A stretch of DNA of 38,518 bases from Tubiluchus corallicola (taxonomy: Eukaryota > Animalia > Priapulida): the NCBI GenBank assembly GCA_030141605.1, contig JAQGDQ010002397.1, positions 1 through 38,518 of the forward strand, in the 5' to 3' direction. The translations under genes were made by a program, and so were the position numbers. This document shows, piece by piece, positions 19,956 to 30,124 of the stretch; within the stretch, counting starts at the first letter, position 1, and each line of letters opens with the position of its first letter. The notes beneath the pieces were generated by a model that saw only the letters and a list, made by a program, of their open reading frames with translations, was not told where the DNA came from and did no database searches.

Positions 19956-21107
19956 ATGCTAAAAAAATACTTGATATCTCCAGGGCCCACTCCGGTGAAG
20001 GAAGAGATTCTTCTTGAGATGGCAAAGCCCGTGATGCATCACCGTACAGATGAGTTTTCTAAGATATTCTCTGAAGCTAGGAATGCTCTTGGCGACGTGT
20101 TCGGCACATCCAGCGAAGTGTTGATCCTATTAGGCAGCGGCACAGCAGCTATGGAGGCCGCTGTTGTCAACACACTGAATAGTGGAGACAAAGTTCTCAT
20201 TGTCAACGGAGGGAAATTTGGCGAGCGTTGGATCAGCATATGCAACAGCTATTCGTTGGATGTTCACACCGTGGATATTCCGTGGGGCAAAAGTGTCTCT
20301 CCTGGGGACATAGAGAAGTTTCTTAAAGATAATGCCGATACCAAGGCGGTTCTTATGCAGTCAAGCGAGACATCCACCACGGTGTATCACCCCGTTGAGG
20401 AGATAGGCAGTATATTGTCCAGTTACAAAGATACCCTTTTCGTGGTTGACGGCATCACATCAGTGGGCGTGCACCCAATGCTCATGGATGAGTGGGGGGT
20501 GGATATATTGGTATCGGGCTCGCAAAAGGCTTTCATGCTCCCACCAGGCCTAGCCTTCATTGCTTTGAGTAATGACGCTTGGCTAAAAACTTCTGAATGT
20601 GTAACACCTAGGTATTACCTTGATCTCAAGAGAGAGTTAAAGAATCAAGTGAAGGATACTACGGCGTACACACCGGGTGTGAGCCTTATTTATGGTTTGA
20701 AAAAGGTCATGGAGATGCTTTATGAAGAGGGTTTGCCAAATGTTTTCAAACGCCACAAAGTGAATGCGGAAGCCACGCGTGCTGCCATCAATGCCCTTGG
20801 GCTAAAGCCTTTGGCAGAAGACCTGCCGAGCAATGCCGCCACCGGATTTTATCTTCCGGAAGATGTAGACGGCAATAAGTTTTTGAATGCCATGAATGAA
20901 AAGGTGGGTATCACCTTTGCCGGTGGGCAAGACCAACTAAAGGGGAAGATTGTGCGGATATCCCACTTGGGCTATCACAGCTTGTTTGACGTAATCATTG
21001 CTATCAGCGCCCTTGAGATGGGTCTTCGCAGATTTGGAGTGGAGATCGAGCTTGGAAGCGGCATCAGAGCTGCCGAAGAGATCCTTCAGGAGCATATCGG
21101 TATCTAA
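19956..21107 (+). CDS. Class V PLP aminotransferase (alanine-glyoxylate / serine-pyruvate family; possibly phosphoserine aminotransferase function)
   Basis: PGPTP, HHRT, SGTAAME, ETST, VDGITS, SGSQKAFMLPPG (PLP Lys), AGGQ..LKGKIVRISHLG. Confidence 0.92.
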   Translation: MLKKYLISPGPTPVKEEILLEMAKPVMHHRTDEFSKIFSEARNALGDVFGTSSEVLILLGSGTAAMEAAVVNTLNSGDKVLIVNGGKFGERWISICNSYSLDVHTVDIPWGKSVSPGDIEKFLKDNADTKAVLMQSSETSTTVYHPVEEIGSILSSYKDTLFVVDGITSVGVHPMLMDEWGVDILVSGSQKAFMLPPGLAFIALSNDAWLKTSECVTPRYYLDLKRELKNQVKDTTAYTPGVSLIYGLKKVMEMLYEEGLPNVFKRHKVNAEATRAAINALGLKPLAEDLPSNAATGFYLPEDVDGNKFLNAMNEKVGITFAGGQDQLKGKIVRISHLGYHSLFDVIIAISALEMGLRRFGVEIELGSGIRAAEEILQEHIGI

Positions 21108-22229
21108 ATGAGCAGTATTAACAAAAGCTTCTTTGCTCCCGATCATAAAAGGAAGGTGGCCAGGCTGGAAGCAAAGATCAGCGACGTTTTGTCATCCTAC
21201 GGTTATCTTGAGCTTATTCTGCCCATTTACGAGTATTATGAAATACTCAAAGAGACCACAAAGGATTTCCGAGACGAGACGATAGTGAGGTTTATCGACA
21301 GGAACACGGGCAAATCCGTGGTATTGAGACCCGATTTTACACCTCAGGCTTGCCGCAGCGTCAGTAACTACATGTCGGGGTACCCTCTTCCCATAAGAGT
21401 TTCCTATCGCGGCAGAGTGTTTAGGAATGTTGTCATAGATACGGGCCTCAAAGCCGAAAGATATCAGATAGGTTGCGAGCTAATAGGTGCATCAGAGAGG
21501 GATGGCGACATAGAAATGCTTCTTATGGCGTCCAGAATCCTAAAATCGCTTAAGTTGAGCAACTGTAGCATCGCCATAAGCGATGTATCCATCTTGGACG
21601 AAATAGCCGCTATCATTCCTGAGCACAGCGGGAAATATTTTGAATTTTTACGGGCAAAGAATATCGATGCCATCGCAAAATTTTGCAAGAAGCACAACTT
21701 TAATACAGATATTGAGCCACTTTTGAAATATCTACCCATGGCTTTTGGTGGTTTGGATGTTTTTGACAAACTTTTGGGACTATCACGCTTCAGCAAGTCC
21801 CTTCACAGTAGGCTAGAGTATCTCCAAACGCTATTTACAAAACTGGCCAATTTTGGCATAAATGGGGATCTGGTTCTGTTTGATGCTTCAAGCGGAAATA
21901 ACCAAAACTATTATACCGGCATCCATTTTGAAATTATTCATAAGCAATTGGGCAGAACTCTAGGCGGCGGAGGTCGTTATGACAACCTTATGGAGAAGTT
22001 TGGAGCAGATCTTCCAGCTTGTGGCTTAATGTTCCACATTGAGGAGTTGCTGCATGCTGGGGACTTTAAGCTAGAAAAGGAAAGATACGATTACTTAGTC
22101 GTAGGCATTGATAAGCACACAGAAGCTGAAAACCTGAGAGATCAAGGGAACAAAGTGCTGCATATATACGACAAGGGTATGATCGATCTGTTTAAAGAAA
22201 GATACATTATAGATAATATTATTTCGTAA
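21108..22229 (+). CDS. hisZ: ATP phosphoribosyltransferase regulatory subunit
   Basis: LRPDFTPQ, YRGRVFR, QIGCELIG, YYTGIHF, GGGGRYDNL; HisRS-like fold next to purA. Confidence 0.88.
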   Translation: MSSINKSFFAPDHKRKVARLEAKISDVLSSYGYLELILPIYEYYEILKETTKDFRDETIVRFIDRNTGKSVVLRPDFTPQACRSVSNYMSGYPLPIRVSYRGRVFRNVVIDTGLKAERYQIGCELIGASERDGDIEMLLMASRILKSLKLSNCSIAISDVSILDEIAAIIPEHSGKYFEFLRAKNIDAIAKFCKKHNFNTDIEPLLKYLPMAFGGLDVFDKLLGLSRFSKSLHSRLEYLQTLFTKLANFGINGDLVLFDASSGNNQNYYTGIHFEIIHKQLGRTLGGGGRYDNLMEKFGADLPACGLMFHIEELLHAGDFKLEKERYDYLVVGIDKHTEAENLRDQGNKVLHIYDKGMIDLFKERYIIDNIIS

Positions 22230-22268
22230 TTTTATTGCAAAAAAGATAAAATGCGAAAGTTAAGTTAA

Positions 22269-23564
<1,296 letters not shown>

Positions 23565-23582
23565 TTTTTTGTGAAAAAAAAA

Positions 23583-23611
23583 TTGACATAAGTCCCCAGT
23601 TTTGATAAAAG
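23583..23611 (+). promoter_or_regulatory. Putative sigma70 promoter of tRNA-Lys
   Basis: TTGACA, 17-nt spacer, TAAAAG preceded by TGn. Confidence 0.55.
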
Positions 23612-23642
23612 CATAGTTCTTGACTTGAAAGGTCATGGTGTA

Positions 23643-23715
23643 GAGCCGTTAGCTCAGTTGGTAGAGCAGCTGCCTTTTAAGCAGCGGGTCATTGGTTCAA
23701 GTCCAATACGGCTCA
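23643..23715 (+). tRNA. tRNA-Lys (TTT)
   Basis: GAGCCGTTAGCTCAGTTGGTAGAGC; CTGC-CT-TTT-AA-GCAG anticodon arm; GGTTCAAGTCC. Confidence 0.96.
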
Positions 23716-23812
23716 TTTTGTTCGTAGCCTCATAGCCCTAGATTGGCTTTTTTTTATCGGGCGTATGTGGCGGATTAGTAGATTATGAACAAAAATTAAG
23801 ATCATAAAAAGG

Positions 23813-23841
23813 TTGCAAAAAATGGCATTACAGTCTACACT
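23813..23841 (+). promoter_or_regulatory. Putative second promoter for tRNA-Glu/Val/Asp
   Basis: TTGCAA, 17-nt spacer, TACACT in the 168-bp gap between tRNA-Lys and tRNA-Glu. Confidence 0.5.
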
Positions 23842-23883
23842 GTATGTCTTAGGCGGCGATTTTTTTGGTCTGTTTAGTTTGTT

Positions 23884-23958
23884 GTCCCCTTCGTCTAGCC
23901 TGGCCCAGGACACCGGCCTTTCACGCCGGTAACAGGGGTTCAAATCCCCTAGGGGACG
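23884..23958 (+). tRNA. tRNA-Glu (TTC)
   Basis: GTCCCCTTCGTCTAG...CCGGC-CT-TTC-AC-GCCGG...GGTTCAAATCC...AGGGGACG. Confidence 0.96.
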
Positions 23959-23970
23959 TTTTTACATGAT

Positions 23971-24043
23971 GGGTGGTTAGCTCAGCTGGGAGAGCATCGG
24001 CCTTACAAGCCGAGGGTCACAAGTTCGATCCTTGTACCACCCA
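23971..24043 (+). tRNA. tRNA-Val (TAC)
   Basis: GGGTGGTTAGCTCAG...TCGGC-CT-TAC-AA-GCCGA...AGTTCGATCC...ACCACCCA. Confidence 0.96.
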
Positions 24044-24061
24044 TATACTTACTTTTTCATC

Positions 24062-24135
24062 GGGGGCGTAGTTCAGTTGGTTAGAACGCTGGCCTGTCAC
24101 GCCAGAGGCCGCGAGTTCGAGTCTCGTCGTCCCCG
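24062..24135 (+). tRNA. tRNA-Asp (GTC)
   Basis: GGGGGCGTAGTTCAGTTGGTTAGAAC...CTGGC-CT-GTC-AC-GCCAG...AGTTCGAGTC...CGTCCCCG. Confidence 0.96.
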
Positions 24136-24143
24136 TCTTTTTC

Positions 24144-24167
24144 AAGGAGCGGAAGGTGCTCCTTTTT
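24144..24167 (+). terminator. Terminator after the tRNA cluster
   Basis: aaggagc-ggaaggt-gctcctt followed by ttt. Confidence 0.75.
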
Positions 24168-24175
24168 CTGTCATC

Positions 24176-24348
24176 TCCAATATTTTGAGCTGCAGTGAAG
24201 GTGTGGTCTGAATGACAATTTATTGTCATAGTTTTTATGCAAAAAAGCATAAACTGAATTATTCCTTTTCTGTGACGTTTCCAATATTTTGAGCTGCAGT
24301 GAAAGTATGATCTGAATGACAAGTTATTGTCATGGTTTTTATGCAAAA
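24176..24348. repeat. Tandem duplication, 104-bp period, each copy with an 18-bp palindrome
   Basis: 69-bp cores at 24176-24244 and 24280-24348, 64/69 identical by manual alignment; ATGACAA(T/G)TTATTGTCAT at 24212-24229 and 24316-24333. Confidence 0.92.
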
Positions 24349-24398
24349 CGAAACTAATCCGTGATCTGTATAAAAGGACGGGTGTCAAAAGTTATCCA

Positions 24399-25091
24399 TC
24401 ATAAGTACTTTTCTCCTATCTCCCTTTTTCGAACGATTTTCGACGGTGTACCGCAACTAACACTACAGGGCTCCACATCTCTCACCACGGTAGCGCCGGC
24501 TCCAACGACAGCGTGCTCACCAATATTTAAGCCATGAACAATGTTTGCACCCACACCTATATGCGAATAGCTTCCGATAAGGCAGTTGCCTCCGGTTGTA
24601 GCACTTGGAGCAAGGCTTGCGAAATCTTTCATAATCGAGTCATGATCCAAAGACGCCTTTGTGTTTATTATGCAAAATCTGCCGACTTCACACGATGGAT
24701 TTATCACAGCGCCCGCCATAATGACGGTTCCCTCTCCCACACGCACATCTTTTGCAAGTGAAGCTGAAGGGTGTATCGCAGTGACAAATCTCACATCAGG
24801 CAACGCTTCTAAGACGCTGGTCGCCACTTCTGAGCGAATGTAGTTATCCCCAACAGCTATGAGCAATCCTTTCAGATTAAAGCTTTTGTAAATCCTTTCC
24901 AAGTCTGTGTCACACCCGAACACTTTATAGCCAAAAAAAGTATCTCCAACCTTTCTGCGCGGATCCAACAGTCCCACAAGATTGTATCTCTTCTCCTTCT
25001 CGACTATATCAATGATGACCTTCGTATGCCCAGATGCGCCCAAGATTGCGATATTTTCCAATGCTTGACCCCCATACCCAGCAAATATCAA
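24399..25091 (-). CDS. Sugar O/N-acetyltransferase, NeuD/PglD hexapeptide-repeat family
   Basis: ILGASGH, AVGDNYIR, IHPSA, IINTKASLDHD, hexapeptide repeats, GTPSK. Alternative TTG start at 25061. Confidence 0.9.
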   Translation of the reverse strand: MIFAGYGGQALENIAILGASGHTKVIIDIVEKEKRYNLVGLLDPRRKVGDTFFGYKVFGCDTDLERIYKSFNLKGLLIAVGDNYIRSEVATSVLEALPDVRFVTAIHPSASLAKDVRVGEGTVIMAGAVINPSCEVGRFCIINTKASLDHDSIMKDFASLAPSATTGGNCLIGSYSHIGVGANIVHGLNIGEHAVVGAGATVVRDVEPCSVSCGTPSKIVRKREIGEKYL

Positions 25092-26449
25092 GTAACCCCG
25101 TGTTCCTTTATGCTTTTGATCACATGAACGATATCTTTTGACTGCCGAATAATCCCGTTTATAAGCTCCCCTTCCATATAGTCGCCGCCCAATATCATTC
25201 CATTTTTATAAGCTTCTTTCCTCATACGATCAATATAGGTGCCGTGCCCTGCGAGATATTTAGGAAAGGCACGCTTCCAAGTAAAATCGAAGACGGTTTC
25301 TGGGCTTTTATCCAAATCAAACATTTCAGCTAAATCTTCCAACAGCACATCTTGAGCATTATCTCTGTAGAAATTTATCAAGTGTCGATACCTGCTGCCA
25401 AAAACCATGCTGCGTAGCAAAAGTTTGTTCGGTGCAACTTCGGGAAAAACGGAAGTCACGTTAAATACGTTGTTTAGTCTTCTTTTTTCAAGCCTCGGGA
25501 GATAGCAGGATGAAAACCTATTCATACGCGAAATATTCGTCTCATCAAAGAATGTATTCATCACATATACAGGTGAGTATTCTACCCCCCCAAGCATTTC
25601 TGCCAAGGGCAAACTGACACCTTTTGCCAAATTACGAGCAGAATACGCCGGTACAAAAAACACAGGGATATCAAATTCATAAACGCCCTTGGTAGTAGAC
25701 ACGGAAAAACTGGAATTATTTTTCTGAACAGCCTCGACATGGGCATCTGTGACAAATTCAACATTGGAAGAGCATTTATCAACTATATCCGCAACCCCCT
25801 TGCTCATTCCCCCTCTGTAAGTTAATATCTGATTGATAAACAGGCTATCCGCCTCTTTTTTGTTTGCGTATCTCTTGTTCCCCTTGAGCACAGAACCATA
25901 TTGCTTCTCTATCTCTAGAATTTTCGGCAAGCCATATCTCATGGTAATTTCTTCGGGATTGTTACCGTAGATACCGGAGTAGTAAGGAGAGAATATAAAT
26001 TCGTAAAACTCGTTGCCAAAACGTCTTTTAATAAACTCGGCAACGGTCTCTTCCTTTTGGTCTTCCCGTCTGGGGACCCATCTCTCATTGTATGTGCGAA
26101 TCTTGCTATTTAAGCTTATAATAGGACTGTAGATCAGATCTCTCTGATTTTTTGGAGATTCTAAAAATCTTCTGCCCCGCATGATATGAAATTCGTTGCT
26201 AAGCGTTTTGCCAACAATAATATTTTCATCCAACCCTGCGTCCTTCAGCAAAAGGAGCAGCCCCAGATCATTGGTAGAGAAGTAGCCAAATCCGTTTTCA
26301 TAAATACTGCCTTCATAGCAATTCGAACGAACAGCCCCGCCAACCCTATCCTTTCTCTCGATCAGGGTGACATCGGCTATATTCTCCATCGCAAGGTAAT
26401 AGGCAAGGGCCACGCCACCAAGTCCGCCACCAATTATTCCTACTCTCAT
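25088..26449 (-). CDS. hemY: HemY-type protoporphyrinogen/coproporphyrinogen oxidase, divergent
   Basis: IIGGGLGG Rossmann motif, ERKDRVGG, ETVAEFIKRRFG, PYYSGIYG, GGM, WKRAFPKY, LGGDY. Confidence 0.75.
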   Translation of the reverse strand: MRVGIIGGGLGGVALAYYLAMENIADVTLIERKDRVGGAVRSNCYEGSIYENGFGYFSTNDLGLLLLLKDAGLDENIIVGKTLSNEFHIMRGRRFLESPKNQRDLIYSPIISLNSKIRTYNERWVPRREDQKEETVAEFIKRRFGNEFYEFIFSPYYSGIYGNNPEEITMRYGLPKILEIEKQYGSVLKGNKRYANKKEADSLFINQILTYRGGMSKGVADIVDKCSSNVEFVTDAHVEAVQKNNSSFSVSTTKGVYEFDIPVFFVPAYSARNLAKGVSLPLAEMLGGVEYSPVYVMNTFFDETNISRMNRFSSCYLPRLEKRRLNNVFNVTSVFPEVAPNKLLLRSMVFGSRYRHLINFYRDNAQDVLLEDLAEMFDLDKSPETVFDFTWKRAFPKYLAGHGTYIDRMRKEAYKNGMILGGDYMEGELINGIIRQSKDIVHVIKSIKEHGVT

Positions 26450-26459
26450 ACATCAACGC

Positions 26460-27652
26460 CTATTTACACTGACCACCAAGATCATCCGGATGATTTACCG
26501 GCACAAAAGCAAAACTCAGGTCTCTGCTTCCTTTCAGCTCACTGCACAGTCTTGCATATAAGCGCCTCTTAGCTTCACTGTTTGCTTCGCCAAACGGTTT
26601 GACCTGAAGCTTCATAATGACTCTAGAACTGAAGTCAACTCCGGATAACGTATTTTCGGCAATATCATCCACAAGCTTTATGGCATCAGATGAACTCAAC
26701 GCTTTTTCGGATTTGATTTGATCGATGTAACCCATAACCGCCAAGTAGTCAAAACCCGCATCAAGCATGGAGTCCAAACTCTGACTATACCAAGCAAGCC
26801 CATCTTTAGGGTAGATGGGAGTTTCATAGTAAACATTTCCAGCAAATCGTATCTTAGGGTTAACCATATGGGCATTTAGCATTATTGTTCCATAAAGCTC
26901 CATCAACTCTTCATTTTTAAATGAAGCCCATTTGTAAAAGTCGTCAGTGTAACCGCTAAAAACCTTCTTGCCATTGTACACTTTAGTACCTCGAAAGACC
27001 TTAGATATATCGAATTTTTCGCCGGTCTTAAAATAATACTGTTCAGCAGCCTCAAGGCTTGCGCCCTCTGTATACTTGTAGATAAAGTCGTCTTGGAAAA
27101 GGATGCCGTCGATGTCGTATGAGGCCAAATCTTGAAAAAGGTTTAATAAAATGTATCTGACGTGGGGATGGAATATGCTCGCTCCATAGCCATTCACAAC
27201 ACCCCCGTCAGGAGAAAATGCTTTTTCCATAAGCCCTTCTGTCTTGAGAAATGTCACGACCTGCTCGCCATCCATCCATAAACCTTTATGTCATTGAGGC
27301 GAGCGTAATGTATCACTTCACTCAAGAGATCACTGACGGTGCAGGCATAATCCGTTTCAAAATATACGCCACTGTCGCAACTGTTCGGAAGACCGAGATG
27401 AACCCTATCACCTTTATTGTGAAATACTCTAAAAAAGACTGTGTCCACATCTTTTGCGGATAAATCCTTGAAGAAGGCGTCCATATTGCCAGAATAAGCT
27501 GAATTGAGGACAAACACCTGAGCGCCGTTAATCTTAGGATAGGCGTCAAAAACGAGCTCCATCCTTGATGCATAGACACTACCTGAGATGACTACTGCAA
27601 ACAAAAACAGCAACGAGACCGCAAACAGGCGCCCACAACTCAACATGATCAA
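26460..27652 (-). CDS. Exported PgaB C-terminal-like (GH153/GHL13) glycoside hydrolase domain protein (apparent frameshift near 27256)
   Basis: Signal peptide; VDTVFFRVF, VYF, KVYGWM, DIDGILFQDD, WYSQSL, FDYLAVMGY and VIMKLQ parallel PgaB C-terminal motifs; no CE4 deacetylase domain. Confidence 0.7.
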
Positions 27653-28323
27653 TAGACTCTGACAAGTATCGTTTCCATACTGTACACGTCTGCGTAGTGT
27701 CTTTTAAGGGCTTCAATCTCTTCTCTATTGTCCCCTATTCCGAGCCTAATTCTATAGAAAGTGCCGTGGGGCAAGTTTGCCATCACTACGTAAGCGTCAG
27801 AAATAGAGAAGTTCTGCCTCAGCTTACGCATTTCACCCATGGCAGCTTCTTGATTTGTCAACGCCATGTACTGCAGGGCAAATTGACCATAAGCGGGCTC
27901 TTCACCTTCCGATAAAAACTCAGGAATGTCATCAGCGGCAACACTGTCGACAAGGGGCGCTTGCACCGGAGGTGTCTGCGTCTCCTCAGGAGCAGGTTGT
28001 GTAGATTCTGGCGCAGGTGGGTTGTTTGAAGGCGCTACAGGATCCTTATCCGCATAGTCTGAAAAGTCGTAAACAAATTCGTCATCATCCGAAGAGCCAA
28101 AAACGTCACCACCACTCGAATCGCCATCTCCAAACGCGCTCTGTTCTGCAATGCCATCCCTTGCCAAATTTTCATCACCCTTCATAAAAGAATTGCTCAA
28201 GAAAATTATACCGTAAACCGTCAACCCAAAGGCCACTATAATCATAAATATGATAACCAAAGCTTCCTTAAAACTGCTCCGATTATTGTCTTCATTTCCG
28301 TATGACATAAAAATACGCTCCAT
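27649..28323 (-). CDS. SPOR-domain membrane protein (FtsN/DedD-like architecture)
   Basis: N-terminal TM, acidic/Pro-rich linker, C-terminal FALQYMAL...TFYRIRLG; follows argS. Confidence 0.8.
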   Translation of the reverse strand: MERIFMSYGNEDNNRSSFKEALVIIFMIIVAFGLTVYGIIFLSNSFMKGDENLARDGIAEQSAFGDGDSSGGDVFGSSDDDEFVYDFSDYADKDPVAPSNNPPAPESTQPAPEETQTPPVQAPLVDSVAADDIPEFLSEGEEPAYGQFALQYMALTNQEAAMGEMRKLRQNFSISDAYVVMANLPHGTFYRIRLGIGDNREEIEALKRHYADVYSMETILVRVY

Positions 28324-28404
28324 ATACGATTGTAAACCGTCATGTTAATATATTTATAATACATTTACTACAATTTTACTGCATTTTTTCCAAATACAGC
28401 ACAC

Positions 28405-30049
28405 TCACATCCTCTCCGGAGCAGATACTCCCAAGAGATGGAGTCCAAACGCAACCGCACTTGCAACCCCTTTTGCTAGAGACAAACGGGCATTCGTGAG
28501 GTTCTCGTCATCCTCCATGATGATCTTATGATTGTAGTAGTAGTTGTGGAACGCAGAAGATAAGCTCTTAAGAAAATACACAATCTTATGGGGCTCTCTG
28601 CTCAACGCTGCAGACTCTACAACACCCTTAAGCTCGCAAATTTTCTTAATTATATCTATCTCACTCTCTTCGGTTAATCTGTCTATGCCTTGCCCTGCTT
28701 TAAACTCTATACCCCTCTCCGACGCATTTTTTATAAGGCTGCAAACCCTTGCATGGACATACTGGATATAAAATACGGGATTTTCATTGCTCCTGCTTTT
28801 TGCAAGCTCTATATCAAAGTCAAGTTGTGAATCTATGCTTCTCATGAGGTAAAAAAATCTCGCCGCATCCACTCCAACCTCATCTATCAACCACTTGAGG
28901 CTAATAAAACTCCCCTTTCTCGTGGACATAGATATTCTTTCACCACGGCTCACGAGATTCACCATCTGTATGAGATCTATATTCATGGCACCCAAATCGA
29001 GCCCTAACGATTCAACGGCGCACTCGAGCCTCTTGACATACCCGTGGTGATCTGCTCCCCACACGTTTACAATTTTGTGAAATTTCCTGTCAAATTTATT
29101 TTTGTGATAAGAGATGTCTGAAGCAAAATAGGTGTACTCGCCACTATTTTTCCTTATAACCCTGTCTTTGTCATCACCATACTCTGAAGAGAGAAACCAC
29201 CAAGCTCCATCCTTTTCCAGAATGGCGCGCCTTTCTCTTAAAAGGTCGATGGACGCCTCAACATCACCACCTTCATACAGCGAGTTTTCACTGAACCACG
29301 AATCAAACTCCACATTAAACTCTTTCAGCTCACCTTCAATAGTAGCAAGTATGATTTTAGCACCAGAAACTTTACAGATCTTAAGCGCCTCATCTTCTGG
29401 CATGCTGACGAGATTCGGGTGAGCATTCATAAGTTCATTTGCAACGTCAACTATATAATCCCCCTGGTAGCCATCTTTCGGAAAAGGATAATCTTTGCCG
29501 CTCTTTTCACAAGCCCTCGAATAGATACTCTTTCCCAAGTTATCCATCTGGCTGCCCGCATCATTCACGTAGTATTCCTTCATAACATTGAAGCCTGCAG
29601 CACCAAATATCCTGGCGATACTATCTCCGTAAGCCGCTCCCCTGCCATGCCCCACATGAAGTGGGCCTGTGGGATTTGCACTGACAAACTCCACAATAAC
29701 ATCCTGCCCCATCCCTATGTCAGAACGAAATATAGCGGTATCTTCCAAAACTCGTCCCAGGTAATCCCTAAAATAGGAAGCATCTATCCAAAAATTCAAG
29801 AAACCCACTCCGGCAATTTCCACCTTCTCAAGGTAAGGAATATCCAGCCCCTGCACAATCTCTTTTGCTACATCGTGGGGAGATTTGCGGAACACCTTTG
29901 CAAGACTCATGGCAACATTTGATGCGTAGTCACCATTTTTTTATCCCCGGAACCTCAACAAGAAAAGCGGGCAAATCACCCTCATGCCCAATATCAGCGA
30001 CCATCTCACTCACTCTTTTCACGAGGCTTTCATAAATTTTTCTTTCCAT
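28405..30049 (-). CDS. argS: Arginyl-tRNA synthetase (apparent indel near 29940)
   Basis: VEFVSANPTGPLHVGHGR, EYYVNDAG, WGADHHGY, MSTRKG, YIQYVHAR, LGVSAPERM. The N-terminus MERKIYES...VEVP..NGDYASNVAM lies across a frame change; SD aggag. Confidence 0.96.
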
Positions 30050-30124
30050 CAATTTAAAAACTCCTTTACAATGTAGATAGAATAAAAATTATATATTGAT
30101 AATTTCTTTTTTATATTAGATGAT

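Noticed and set aside
23713-24388. Minus-strand ORFs 23713..23943 and 24017..24388
   Set aside because: Antisense to tRNA genes and the repeat; no protein-like features.
24380-24400. DnaA box / replication origin near the 104-bp duplication
   Set aside because: Only one imperfect TTATCCA match, no box cluster, and no dnaA, gidA or rep context.
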